From Pseudomonadota bacterium (GTDB lineage Bacteria > Pseudomonadota > Alphaproteobacteria > Sphingomonadales > Sphingomonadaceae), in assembly GCA_040390165.1 (NCBI GenBank), contig JAZJYW010000006.1:122985-186984 (forward strand): a stretch of DNA of 64,000 nucleotides, given 5' to 3'. The notes below the pieces were generated by a model. The model ran no database searches and was not told the origin of the DNA. It saw nothing but the letters and a program-made list of their open reading frames with translations. The translations under genes were made by a program, and so were the position numbers. How positions within the stretch are numbered: the first letter of the stretch is position 1; every line of letters starts with the position of its first letter. Positions 49,191 to 59,134 of the stretch are shown here, one piece after another.

Positions 49191-50336
49191 ATGGGCAGGC
49201 GAGTGGCGATTGCTGGCGTGGGGTTGTCGGGACTGCCGGGATCGCCCGAGGCGACGCCCTTTGCACTCCACGCCCAGGCCGCGCGCGCGGCCTTGACCGA
49301 GGCCGGGCTGCGTCCTTCTGACATCGATGGCTTCGCCTCGGCCGGGCTCGGCGCGCTGCAACCGCTGGAAGTCGCCGAATATATGGGGCTGAAACCGCGC
49401 TGGATCGATTCGACCGGAGTCGGCGGCGCCACCTGGGAAGTGATGGCGGCGCACGCCGCCGACACGATCGCCGAGGGGCGCGCGGATGTGATCCTGCTCG
49501 CTTATGGTTCGACCGCGCGCACCGATCTGAAGCGCAAGCTGCGCACCGCGAGCCTCGCCTGGGGCACGCGCGGGCCGAGCCAGTTCGAAGCGCCGTTCGG
49601 GCACACGCTGATTTCGAAATATGCGATGGCCGCCCGCCGCCACATGCATGAATATGGCACCACGCTCGAGCAGATGGCCGAGATTGCGGTCTCGGCCCGC
49701 TACAATGCCGGCCTGACGCCCTTCGCCGCCTATCGCGATCCGATCGATATCGCCGACGTGCTGGACGGCCCGATGATCGCCGATCCCTTCACCAAGCTGC
49801 AATGCTGCATCCGTTCGGACGGCGGCGCGGCGGTCATCATGGTCGCCGAGGACCGGGTTCCCGATCTCGCGGTCAAGCCGGTCTGGGTGCTGGGCAGCGC
49901 TGAGGCGGGCTCGCACGTGTCGATGAGCCAGTGGGAAGATTTCACCACTTCCCCCGCCGCGATGACCGGGCCGACCGCCTTTGCGCGCGCAGGCATTCGC
50001 CCTGACGAGATCGACGTGGCGCAGATCTATGACGCCTTCACCTATATGGCGCTGATCACGCTCGAGGATCTCGGCTTCTGCGCCAAGGGCGAAGGCGGCG
50101 CTTTCGTCGAGAACGGGCGGCTGCGCGTCGGCGGCGCGCTGCCGACCAACACCGATGGCGGCGGTCTCTCCGCCTGCCATCCGGGCATGCGCGGGCTGTT
50201 CCTCCTCGTCGAGGCGGCGCGGCAGTTGCGCGGCAGTTGTGGCGATCGCCAGGTCCAGGATGCCAAGCTCGCCTGCGTCAGCGGCACGGGCGGCTGGTTC
50301 TGCTCGAGCGGGACGATGATCCTCGGCGCCGACTGA
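49191..50336 (+). CDS. SCP-x-like thiolase-superfamily protein
   Basis: VAIAGVG, VGGAT, FEAPFG, LQCCIRSDGG, QIYDAFT, TNTDGGGLSACHPG. Confidence 0.9.
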   Translation: MGRRVAIAGVGLSGLPGSPEATPFALHAQAARAALTEAGLRPSDIDGFASAGLGALQPLEVAEYMGLKPRWIDSTGVGGATWEVMAAHAADTIAEGRADVILLAYGSTARTDLKRKLRTASLAWGTRGPSQFEAPFGHTLISKYAMAARRHMHEYGTTLEQMAEIAVSARYNAGLTPFAAYRDPIDIADVLDGPMIADPFTKLQCCIRSDGGAAVIMVAEDRVPDLAVKPVWVLGSAEAGSHVSMSQWEDFTTSPAAMTGPTAFARAGIRPDEIDVAQIYDAFTYMALITLEDLGFCAKGEGGAFVENGRLRVGGALPTNTDGGGLSACHPGMRGLFLLVEAARQLRGSCGDRQVQDAKLACVSGTGGWFCSSGTMILGAD

Positions 50337-50630
50337 GAAACCGTCCTCAATATAGGCGGTTAGGCGGGGCTGCTGGCGGATCCCCAGACCGTCTTCGCTG
50401 GCCATAGGAAATCGCAATGGCAGGCAGCTCGCCAAGAGGCGAGCGCGCCGCGCTTTGTCGCGCCATTATCCTTCCCAAGGATCAGATGTCGGGCGCCAGC
50501 CCGCATCGAATGGGTAAGGCGTGCGCGGATTGGCAAGAGGCTACCGCGATGACCAGACCCGGCGACAAGGCTGGCTCCGATAATACTGACCGTCGAGCCT
50601 CAGCTCGTGAGGCGGTAGGAGAGTAGAGCC

Positions 50631-51416
50631 ATGCAAGCAATCACCCTCGAAGCGGCACCGCGCCCGCAATCGCTCGCCGCCGTCGTGAACGCGCTCGGGA
50701 CCGAGGACTTCGAAAAGGAAACGCTTCACTTCCTCAATTTCACGTCGGGCGCCGAGCATTATTGCGTCTACCGGGTCCGCGACGGCCTTCCCAAATTCCT
50801 CGGCGGCGCCAGCATCCGCGGGCAGCACGCGATGCGCCACCACACATCAGAGAAGCGCTGGCCGGCGCGCTCGTTCGTCGAGCTCCACGCGGCCGACGAA
50901 GCGGCGCGCGGATCGCGCAACGCAGTGATGCTCCACGACGACCTCGATCATGTCGCCGACCCCACGCTCCATTCCGCGCTCGAGCATTTCGACATCGTCG
51001 ATCGGGTGATGGTGTGCGGGCGCGCGGTCGACGATCTCTATGCGCTGTCGGTAATGCGTTCGCGCGACGCCGGCCAGTTCGACGCGCGCGAGCTTACCGG
51101 CCTTGCCGAAAATGCCGATGTGCTCGTTGCCGCCTGCGCCAAGCATGCCGCGCTCCATTGGGACCGCGAAAAGGCGATCGCGCATTTCGCATCGGTGGCG
51201 GTGATCGAGGGCAATCTGCGCGAAAGCGATTGGGGCCTTTCCGAACGCGAGCTCCAAGTCAGTTCGCGTATTCTTTACGGCATCTCGGCTTACGGCATCT
51301 CGATCGACCTCGGACTGGGCGAAGAGACGATCGCGACCTACCGCAAGCGCCTTTACGCGCGGTTGCGCATCGGTGGGCGGCATGAGCTGCTGCAGCGCTA
51401 TTTGTCGCTGCTGTGA
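50631..51416 (+). CDS. LuxR-type HTH transcriptional regulator with N-terminal sensor domain
   Basis: LSERELQVSSRILYG...ISIDLGLGEETIATYRKRLYARL. Confidence 0.85.
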   Translation: MQAITLEAAPRPQSLAAVVNALGTEDFEKETLHFLNFTSGAEHYCVYRVRDGLPKFLGGASIRGQHAMRHHTSEKRWPARSFVELHAADEAARGSRNAVMLHDDLDHVADPTLHSALEHFDIVDRVMVCGRAVDDLYALSVMRSRDAGQFDARELTGLAENADVLVAACAKHAALHWDREKAIAHFASVAVIEGNLRESDWGLSERELQVSSRILYGISAYGISIDLGLGEETIATYRKRLYARLRIGGRHELLQRYLSLL

Positions 51417-51473
51417 TCGGCACGCGACACTGCCGGCAAGCAATAACAAGTGAGAATCTCGGGAGTGCGATTC

Positions 51474-52406
51474 ATGGATGAGGGGCAATTGCGGGCCTTC
51501 CTCAAGATCGGAGATTTCCATTCGATCACCAAGGCGGCGGACGAACTGGGCATCGCCCAGCCGTCGCTCAGCCAGCAATTGCTGCGCCTGGAAGATGAGC
51601 TCGGCGCCAAGCTGTTCGACCGCACCTCGCGCGGCGTGTCGATGACCACCGCCGGCCAGGCCTTCAAGGCGCATGCCGAGTCGATCCTTCTCTCGACGCG
51701 CCAGGCGCGCGAGGAAGTCCGTCGCTCGGTGCGCGGCCCGATCGGCGAGGTTTCGATCGGCCTGCCTGTATCGATCGGCGAGCTGATCGGCCCCGAGATA
51801 TTCCGCACCCTGCATAGCGACTTGCCGGGCGTGAAGCTGCGGCTGCGCCTAGGCTTCGCCAGCGACCTCGTGACGCTGCTTGAGGACGGATCGCTCAACG
51901 CCGCCCTGACCTATTATTCCGACGAACTTTCCTATCTGCACGCCGAGCATGTCGCGGACGAAGTGCTGTTGCTGATCGGGCCGCCCAACGCGTTCGGCTC
52001 GGTCGATGAGCGCGGCATCGCGCTGGAGCCGATCGATGCCGAGAGCCTGCGCCATCTCGACCTTCTGCTGCCGCCGATGGGCAAAGGGCTGAAGCGGCGT
52101 ATCAACCAGCAGCCGCATGGCGAGGCGATCCATTTGTCGGTCCGCAGTGAGATCGACTCGCTGCGCGTCCTCAAGACCCTGCTGGTCGGCGGCGAAGGCT
52201 ATTCGCTGCTGCCCTATATCGGGGTGCGCGACGAACTGCGCACGGGACAGCTATCGGCAGCCCGGGTCCGGGGAATGAACCTCTCGCTGCCATTGTCGCT
52301 GGTGCGCGCCGGGATAAGGCCACCCGAAGCGCTGCCCGCCGTGGAGAGCGTGATCCGCAAATGCCTAGACGAGTTGCTGTCCGCGGGCGGCTGGCTGGTC
52401 GAATAG
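51474..52406 (+). CDS. LysR-family transcriptional regulator
   Basis: QLRAFL...SITKAADELGIAQPSLSQQLLRLEDELGAKLFDRTSRGV. Confidence 0.93.
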   Translation: MDEGQLRAFLKIGDFHSITKAADELGIAQPSLSQQLLRLEDELGAKLFDRTSRGVSMTTAGQAFKAHAESILLSTRQAREEVRRSVRGPIGEVSIGLPVSIGELIGPEIFRTLHSDLPGVKLRLRLGFASDLVTLLEDGSLNAALTYYSDELSYLHAEHVADEVLLLIGPPNAFGSVDERGIALEPIDAESLRHLDLLLPPMGKGLKRRINQQPHGEAIHLSVRSEIDSLRVLKTLLVGGEGYSLLPYIGVRDELRTGQLSAARVRGMNLSLPLSLVRAGIRPPEALPAVESVIRKCLDELLSAGGWLVE

Positions 52407-52410
52407 CGGC

Positions 52411-54030
52411 TCACGCGAGCAAGGCCTGGAGCTGCGCGCTGACGCTGTCCAGGTCGTCATCGCCGGCAACTGCGGCGACATAGCGGTCGGGGCGCAGCAC
52501 GATGAAGCGTATCGTCGGCCGTGCCCGGCGCCAGTCCCGGAACGCGCCCATCAGGTCTTCGATCACGGTTACGCCGTCGCTGGCAGCAGCAGTCTCGGAC
52601 CGTGAGGAGCGCACCGTCACCAGATTGGCGCCGAGATCCGCCCAGAATTTCCGCGACGCCGCCGACATTGCGGCAGCCGGATCGGCGCCGACGCCTATCA
52701 CCGCGAACCAGCCCCCAATCGCCTCATCCAGCTTCACTTGCCGACCATCAGCCGTCTCGACGAGAGGCTGCATGAACATCCGCCCGACAACGCCTTCCCG
52801 CGTGGCGTCGGTCGCCGGCAGCACCAGCCCTTCGGTATAGCGCGGCATCGGCTTGAACTTCATCTGGAGCACATAGTCGCGAAGCCGCGGCAGGCGCTGG
52901 ACAAGGCGGAAGAAAAGATCCCTCGCGATTTCCAGTGCGCGGGAGCCGGGGGCGTAGAGCCTGCCGAACATTGTCGCGACGTTGACCATCTTGCGGGCAT
53001 GATCGTGCCGCTCGGCCTCGTAGCTCTCGAGCAGCCGTGGAGCGGCGACGCCGCGCAGCACCGCGGCGAGCTTCCAACCCAGATTGGTGGCGTCGCGCAG
53101 GCCCGAATTCATTCCCTGGCCGAAAAAAGGCGGCTGGAGATGCGCGGCATCCCCGGCAAGGAAAACCCGGCCCGACCGAAAGCGCTCGGCAATGCGCGAA
53201 TGGTGGCGGTAGACGCGGGCGCGCAGCACATTCGCGCGGCGCGGGCCGGCTCCGTAAAAGAGGCTCAGCCGCTCCTCCAGCCGAACCGGGTCGACCGCCG
53301 CTTCGTCGCTCTCCCCGGCCGGCAGCCGAAACTCGAAACGGCGGTGTCCATAAGGCAGCGCGATCGAGATGCGCGGGCGATGGCGGTGGGTATAGACACT
53401 CGAATACGGCGAATCGAGATCGTCATTCTGCATATCGACGACCAGCCAGCGCGCGGCGTCGGTCTTCCCTTCCAGTTTCATACCGATCAGCCCGCGCACG
53501 GTGCTGCGTCCGCCATCGGCGCCGACGAGATAGGCGCAGCGGACGCTACGGATCGACCCGTCGTCGCGTTCGAAAGTCGCCGTCACCGCATCCCTGTCAT
53601 TGACAAGCGTCTGGAGCGATGTTCCCAGCTCAAGGCGAACGGCCTCATAGCGGGCGAGGCCGCGCCGCAGCGTCCGTTCCGCCAGCGGCTGGATGAACAG
53701 ATTGCGGCGGCTCCAGCCGAACGGCTGCTCCTGCGGGTGGATATGCGCAAAGCACCAGCCGCTGGCAGTGTAATAACGCGCCGGTACGTTGCGGATCATG
53801 TCGGCGAGCAGCGGCTCGGCCAACCCGACCGCCTGGAACGAGCGCAGCGCCTCGTCATCCATCCCCACCGCGCGCGGATATTCGAGAATGTCGGCGGACC
53901 GATCGACGATCAGGGTGCGCACGCCGTACAGACCGAGATGATTGGCTAGCGTGACGCCGCACGGGCCCGCCCCGACGATGACTATATCGAAATGCTCAAC
54001 GGGCTCCGTCACCCGGGCGCTCAATTCCAC
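52411..54030 (-). CDS. mhpA: FAD-dependent phenolic hydroxylase, 3-(3-hydroxyphenyl)propionate hydroxylase-like
   Basis: IVGAGPCG, YPRAVGMDDEALR, VGADGGRS, FLAGDAAHLQPPFFGQGMNSGLRDA, KFKPMPRY, VLRPDRYV. Confidence 0.82.
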   Translation of the reverse strand: MELSARVTEPVEHFDIVIVGAGPCGVTLANHLGLYGVRTLIVDRSADILEYPRAVGMDDEALRSFQAVGLAEPLLADMIRNVPARYYTASGWCFAHIHPQEQPFGWSRRNLFIQPLAERTLRRGLARYEAVRLELGTSLQTLVNDRDAVTATFERDDGSIRSVRCAYLVGADGGRSTVRGLIGMKLEGKTDAARWLVVDMQNDDLDSPYSSVYTHRHRPRISIALPYGHRRFEFRLPAGESDEAAVDPVRLEERLSLFYGAGPRRANVLRARVYRHHSRIAERFRSGRVFLAGDAAHLQPPFFGQGMNSGLRDATNLGWKLAAVLRGVAAPRLLESYEAERHDHARKMVNVATMFGRLYAPGSRALEIARDLFFRLVQRLPRLRDYVLQMKFKPMPRYTEGLVLPATDATREGVVGRMFMQPLVETADGRQVKLDEAIGGWFAVIGVGADPAAAMSAASRKFWADLGANLVTVRSSRSETAAASDGVTVIEDLMGAFRDWRRARPTIRFIVLRPDRYVAAVAGDDDLDSVSAQLQALLA

Positions 54031-54036
54031 CGCGCC

Positions 54037-55497
54037 TCAGCCATGGCGGTGGATGATCGTCTTGACGGTGGACAGTTCCTCCATCGCCGCCAGCCCCTTC
54101 TCGCGGCCATGTCCCGAGCGCTTGACGCCGCCGAACGGCAATTCGATCCCGCCGCCCGCGGCAAAGCCGTTGATGTACACTTGCCCGGCGCGGATCTTCC
54201 GGGCGAGGCGGAACGCGCGTCCGCCATCCCGGGTCCAGACGCCGGCGAGCAAGCCGAAATCGCTGTCGTTCGCCAAGCGCAGCGCGTCGGCTTCATCTTC
54301 GAAGGGCATCACGCACAGCACCGGCCCAAACACTTCCTCGCGTGCCAATATGTTGTTCGGATCGACCGGTCCGTAGAGCCGCGGCGAGACGAAGAAGCCA
54401 TCGGATGGCGTGCCGTCCGCGATTCGCCCCTCCGCCAGCAGTGGAATCCCATCGGCCTTGGCACGATCGCAATAGCGCTCGATACGCTCGCGCTGGCGCT
54501 GGTTGATCACCGGGCCGAGATCGAGGTTCATCTCCGGCGTGCCGGCGCGAAGCTTGCCGAACGCGTCGGCGATCGCGCCGACGAGGCGGTCGAAATGCGC
54601 CCGCTCGACCAATACGCGCGAGCCCGCCGAGCAGGTCTGGCCGGCATTGTTGACGATGCCGTTGACGATTGCCGGCACTGCCAACGACAGATCGGCATCG
54701 CCGAACACCAGATGCGGCGACTTGCCGCCAAGTTCAAGCGTGCAGCCGATCGCGCGGCGCGCGGCCGCCACCTGGATCATCTCGCCGACGCCGGGACTGC
54801 CGGTGAAGGCGATATAGTCGATATCGTCATGCGCGCTGAGCGCCGCCCCGGTCACCGAGCCCCGACCCGGCAGCACCGCCAGCGCACCCGCCGGGAATCC
54901 GACCTCGGCGGCAAGCTGGGCCATGCGCAGAACCGAAAGGCAGGCATCCTCCGCCGGCTTGACCACCGCCGCATTGCCGACCGCAAGCGATGGCGCAACG
55001 TTGCGGCCAAACATCTGCGCCGGATAATTCCAGGGGATGATGTGCGCGACGACGCCGTGCGGTTCGCGCTCGGTCGCCACGAAGAACTCGCGGAAATACG
55101 GGATCGTCTCGCCGTGCATCTTGTCCGCGGCGCCGGCGTAGAATTCGAAATAGCGCGCGGTGGCGGCAATGTCGGCCTTGGCCTGGCCCAAGGGCTTGCC
55201 GGTATCGCGCGATTCCAGCGCGACCAGCTCGTCGGCATGGTCGAGAATCGCGCGCGACAGCCTGGACAGCAGCCGGCCGCGCTCGAACCCGGCAAGCTTG
55301 CCCCACTCGCCCTGTTCGAGCGCGCGCCGGCCCGCGGCGACCGCGGCATCGACCTCTTCCGTACCTGCCTCGTGAAGTTCGGTGAACACCGCGCCCGTCG
55401 TCGGATCGAAGACCGGCACCCGGACGTCGCTCGCGACCGGCACCAGCTCGTTGTCGATAAAGGCGCCCTTGACGATGCTTTCGACGTTGTTCGACAT
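54037..55497 (-). CDS. Aldehyde dehydrogenase
   Basis: IIPWNYP, KPAE, FTGS, LELGGKSP, AGQTCSAGSR, EEVFGPV, PFGGVKRSG. Confidence 0.94.
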   Translation of the reverse strand: MSNNVESIVKGAFIDNELVPVASDVRVPVFDPTTGAVFTELHEAGTEEVDAAVAAGRRALEQGEWGKLAGFERGRLLSRLSRAILDHADELVALESRDTGKPLGQAKADIAATARYFEFYAGAADKMHGETIPYFREFFVATEREPHGVVAHIIPWNYPAQMFGRNVAPSLAVGNAAVVKPAEDACLSVLRMAQLAAEVGFPAGALAVLPGRGSVTGAALSAHDDIDYIAFTGSPGVGEMIQVAAARRAIGCTLELGGKSPHLVFGDADLSLAVPAIVNGIVNNAGQTCSAGSRVLVERAHFDRLVGAIADAFGKLRAGTPEMNLDLGPVINQRQRERIERYCDRAKADGIPLLAEGRIADGTPSDGFFVSPRLYGPVDPNNILAREEVFGPVLCVMPFEDEADALRLANDSDFGLLAGVWTRDGGRAFRLARKIRAGQVYINGFAAGGGIELPFGGVKRSGHGREKGLAAMEELSTVKTIIHRHG

Positions 55498-55568
55498 TGC
55501 CGCTCCCTGGCGTACCGCCTCCGGCGGAAATCAGCCGGTGTGAAGAATGAAAATCGCTGTGCCGGCGC

Positions 55569-56453
55569 TCAGCCCGGTATGGTTTCGCCGAGCAGGAATG
55601 CGAGGTTGGCGGGATTGAAGATCTCGGGCGCTTCGTAATGCGCCCAATGCTTGACCTTCTCGATCGTCAGCGTGCGCACGTCCGCCGCCAGTTCGGCGAT
55701 ACGTTGCCCGGTGGTGGTGTAATCCGGGTTGTCGTCGGGTGCGAGAATGATGAAGATCGGCACCTCCACCCCGCGCCACTCTTCCTCGGTGACGAGATTG
55801 CGGCGGCGCACGTCTTCATTCTGCAGCACCAGGATATTGCCCATCGCCATCTTCATATCAGGCTCGCGATAGATTGCCTGGCGAAGCTGGATCAGGTCCG
55901 GGATGCGGTCCTCCTCCTTGTAGAGGATCGAATTGAACACCGGTTTGATGTTCTCCCAGCTCGGATCGTCGACCGCGGCGTTGCGCACGGATTTGGTCCG
56001 CGACATCGTGGCGTTGTTGATGATCAAGCCCGAGGCGGCGAGCAAGGTCAGCTTGTCGACGCGCCCGGGATGATCGACCACGAGCCGGCTCGTCACCCAC
56101 GCGCCCAGCGAAACGCCGATGAACGACGCCTTTTCGATTCCCAGCGCATCCATGAACGCCAGCACGTGATCCACGTAGAAGGGGATTTCATAGGGCACGT
56201 CGGGCCGGTCGCTGAAGCCGCTGCCGGCCAGGTCGATCGCCAGGCAGCGGAAGTGCCGGGCATGGCTCTCCAGCGTCGCGCAGAAGCATTCCCAGCTGCT
56301 GCCGGTGCCGTGGATCATGATCAGCACCGGGGCGTCCTTGGGCCCCGCCTCGACATAGCGCGTGCGAATGCCGCCGGCGTCAACATAGCCCTGCGTGAAG
56401 GCCAGCTTCATCAGGTGGCCCCAAATGCTGCGGTGGCGATAGTCTTCGGTCAT
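55569..56453 (-). CDS. Alpha/beta hydrolase, MhpC/BphD-like meta-cleavage product hydrolase
   Basis: IHGTG, GVSLG elbow, HWAHYEAPE; coupled (ATGA overlap) to the extradiol dioxygenase. Confidence 0.8.
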   Translation of the reverse strand: MTEDYRHRSIWGHLMKLAFTQGYVDAGGIRTRYVEAGPKDAPVLIMIHGTGSSWECFCATLESHARHFRCLAIDLAGSGFSDRPDVPYEIPFYVDHVLAFMDALGIEKASFIGVSLGAWVTSRLVVDHPGRVDKLTLLAASGLIINNATMSRTKSVRNAAVDDPSWENIKPVFNSILYKEEDRIPDLIQLRQAIYREPDMKMAMGNILVLQNEDVRRRNLVTEEEWRGVEVPIFIILAPDDNPDYTTTGQRIAELAADVRTLTIEKVKHWAHYEAPEIFNPANLAFLLGETIPG

Positions 56454-57382
56454 GCGGAGTCCCTCTCGAAGGCGGTGGCGCAGCCCATGCCGGTGATCCA
56501 GGTCGGCACCGGCGCATAGTCCGTGGTAGCGACGGGCTTTCCCCAGGCGCCGAGCGCGGCGAGCCAGGCGCGGATCTCCTGCCCGCCGGTGCCGCCCTGC
56601 GCGAGCAACGCGGCGTTATCGAGGGCAAGCACGGGATCGAGATCGCCCAGGCGCATGCACTCCAGCAGCCAGCGGTCCCATTCCTCGTTAATTGGCCCGG
56701 TCCCGCCCACGGCGCGGCGCTTGAGCGACGATTCCTCGCGCTGGCGGTTGAATTCCGCAACGCGCGGCCGTCCGTTGATCAGATAGTCGCGAGTCTCGGC
56801 ACTGACCGCCGGATCGGCGGGGGAGACCGAAGGCGGCGAGTGCGACAGCCCGCCCGACCCGACGACCAGCGCCCGGCCTTCTCCGGGAAAGGCGCGGATG
56901 GCGTCGCCGACCGCGCGGCCGAATGCGTGGCAGCGGGCAAGCGTAGGCAGGGGCGCGCCGCCGGAACTGATCATGATCGGAATGACCGGCGTGCGCAGAT
57001 CGGGCACCAGCGCCGCGAACGGCTGGCTGATCCCGTGATCCACGCCCATATTGTGCGACAATGCCGGGTCGAAACCCGAAGCGAGCACCCGATCGGCAAT
57101 GAAGGCGGCGAGGTCGGAACGGGTCGGGAACGGGCCCTTGGGAGAGCTATAGTCGCCGAAGCCGGTCACGTTCTCGATGCCGATGCAGAAGGCCGGCATC
57201 AGATCGAAGAAGAAGTTGCGGACGTGATCGGGGCCGAACACCACCAGCACGTCGGGCGTGATGCGCGCGACTGCGTCGCGGGCGCGGAATACGGCATCGA
57301 CATAGGGCTTGGCCGGCCCCTCGAGCGGCGAAAGATCCCAGGAGGGCGAGTGGGACATTCCCACCATGCCAACCAATTCCAT
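56450..57382 (-). CDS. mhpB: Class III (LigB/MhpB-type) extradiol ring-cleavage dioxygenase
   Basis: MSHSP, FGPDHVRNFF, MPAFCIG, VDHG, GSGGLSH, INEEWD, QEIRAW. Confidence 0.8.
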   Translation of the reverse strand: MELVGMVGMSHSPSWDLSPLEGPAKPYVDAVFRARDAVARITPDVLVVFGPDHVRNFFFDLMPAFCIGIENVTGFGDYSSPKGPFPTRSDLAAFIADRVLASGFDPALSHNMGVDHGISQPFAALVPDLRTPVIPIMISSGGAPLPTLARCHAFGRAVGDAIRAFPGEGRALVVGSGGLSHSPPSVSPADPAVSAETRDYLINGRPRVAEFNRQREESSLKRRAVGGTGPINEEWDRWLLECMRLGDLDPVLALDNAALLAQGGTGGQEIRAWLAALGAWGKPVATTDYAPVPTWITGMGCATAFERDSA

Positions 57383-57446
57383 GCCTTCCCCTCCTTCCGC
57401 CCGCATCGTCCCGACTTGCATGGAAGCCGCGCGGTGCGAATTTCGA

Positions 57447-58286
57447 TTAGGCCGGCGCGGTCTGGCCCGTTAGCGCCGACTCCTGTTGCGCATCATTGCG
57501 ATCGCCTATGGCTGCACGCGCCAGCAGCGCGCGGGCGCGGGCGCGGACCGGGGCGTCGATCATCGCCTGCCCGACCCGCGCCGCGCCTTCTCCGCTGGCC
57601 AATACGGTCCGCGCCCATTCGATTTCGCGCTGGGTCGGCCGGAAGCCCGCTTGGATCGCGGCGATCTGGCGCGGATGGATCGCCAGCTTGCCGCCGAAGC
57701 CGAGCGCCAGTGCGCCGCGCGCATCGGCTTCCGCCATCGCCGCGTCCGACAGGTCGGTAGTCACGCCGTCCAGCGGGGCCGGCAATCCCCCCAGCCGCGA
57801 AGCGAAGACGATCTCGGCGCGCGCCGCAGCGAGCGCCTCGGGAACATGGTCGCAGCCAAGATCCGCGGCATAATCGACCGATCCGAAAGCGAGGCGCGCC
57901 ACCTGCCCCGATCGCGCGATCGCCCGCGCCTCCGCCAGGCCGCCGACGGTCTCGATCAGCGCCAGCACCGGCAGGATCGCGGCCACCCGCGCGATATCGC
58001 CAAGATCGAGCGCCTTGGGGAGCATCACCGCCGCGATCCCCAATCGCGCCACGGCCGCAAGGTCGGCATCGTGCCAGGCCGTGCCCGCGGCGTTGATCCT
58101 GACGATGACCGGCAGATCGGTGAATCCGGCCGAAAGCGCGGCGCGGGCACCGTCCTTGTCCGACGGCGCGACTGCGTCCTCTAGATCGAGGATGATGGCA
58201 TCGGCGCCGCTTGCGGCAGCCTTGGCGAACCGCTCCGGCCGGTTCGCGGGAACGAACAGCGGGGCGACGAAGGTCAGGCCGCTCAC
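57447..58286 (-). CDS. CitE-like acyl-CoA lyase (citramalyl-CoA lyase Ccl-like)
   Basis: PLFVPANRPERFAKA, ILDLEDAV, VRIN, LIET, FGSVD, GFGGKLAIHPRQ, MIDAPV. GTGA overlap start. Confidence 0.85.
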   Translation of the reverse strand: MSGLTFVAPLFVPANRPERFAKAAASGADAIILDLEDAVAPSDKDGARAALSAGFTDLPVIVRINAAGTAWHDADLAAVARLGIAAVMLPKALDLGDIARVAAILPVLALIETVGGLAEARAIARSGQVARLAFGSVDYAADLGCDHVPEALAAARAEIVFASRLGGLPAPLDGVTTDLSDAAMAEADARGALALGFGGKLAIHPRQIAAIQAGFRPTQREIEWARTVLASGEGAARVGQAMIDAPVRARARALLARAAIGDRNDAQQESALTGQTAPA

Positions 58287-59134
58287 CGCCACCGCGCGGT
58301 CGCCTGCATGTTGAGCGGCCCGCCCGGCTGTGCAGTGAAGAGGTCCATGCTCCCGTCCGTCAACGCGCCGGCGTTGAGGAGAAGCGGCCTGCCGCCGATC
58401 GCCGGATGGACGCCGCGAAAAGTGAAATGGTCGGGCGGCCGCCCGTCATTGCGGCGCGCGGCGAGATCGATCAGCAACGTCGCCTGCAATGGGCCATGCA
58501 CGACCAGCCCGGGATAATGCTCCTCGTTCGTCGCATAAGGCAGGTCGTAATGGATGCGATGCGCGTTGAAGGTCAGCGCCGAATAGCGAAACAGCAGCGG
58601 GGCTGAAGCCTCGACGGTCTCGACTTTCGCTTCAAGTGATGCCGGCTCGGGCACGGCCGGCGCGCCAGCCTCGGCCGCTTCCCGGTAGACGAGGGTCTGG
58701 CGCTCGCTGATTGCCACGGCATTCCCCACGCCGATCTCGTGATCGACCGTCACGAAGCACAAATTGCCGCTTCGTCCGGATTTCGCAGTGACGTCGGCGA
58801 TCCGCGATCGCTTGACGACGGCATCGCCGACGCGAAGCGGAGCATGAAAGTCGATCGCGCTGCCGGCCCACATCCGGCGCGGCAGCGGCACCGGCGGCAG
58901 GAAGCCGCCGCGCGCCGGATGCCCGTCGCCGCCCAGTTCCGCCGTCGCCGCGGCTGGCTGGCACAGGCAGAGGTGGATCAGCGCGGGCGCCGCTTCCCCC
59001 GAAGAAGCGGGAGCGCCGGGCAGCTGCAGCGTCGCATGAAAGCGCGCGGCGAGCGCGGCGGTGATCACGTCTTCGGAGCGATGCTCGCGGCCGATCCAGT
59101 GCCGCAGGCGATCAAGATCCAGCGCTTCCGTCAC
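58283..59134 (-). CDS. Double-hotdog MaoC-like hydratase (itaconyl-CoA/mesaconyl-C4-CoA hydratase Ich-like)
   Basis: WIGR, DGHPARGGFLPPVPLPRRMWAGS, LFRYSALTFNAHRIHYD, GLVVHGPL. Confidence 0.85.
   Translation of the reverse strand: MTEALDLDRLRHWIGREHRSEDVITAALAARFHATLQLPGAPASSGEAAPALIHLCLCQPAAATAELGGDGHPARGGFLPPVPLPRRMWAGSAIDFHAPLRVGDAVVKRSRIADVTAKSGRSGNLCFVTVDHEIGVGNAVAISERQTLVYREAAEAGAPAVPEPASLEAKVETVEASAPLLFRYSALTFNAHRIHYDLPYATNEEHYPGLVVHGPLQATLLIDLAARRNDGRPPDHFTFRGVHPAIGGRPLLLNAGALTDGSMDLFTAQPGGPLNMQATARWR

Noticed and set aside
50631-51416. AHL quorum-sensing system
   Set aside because: No luxI in the window and no clear AHL-binding residues.
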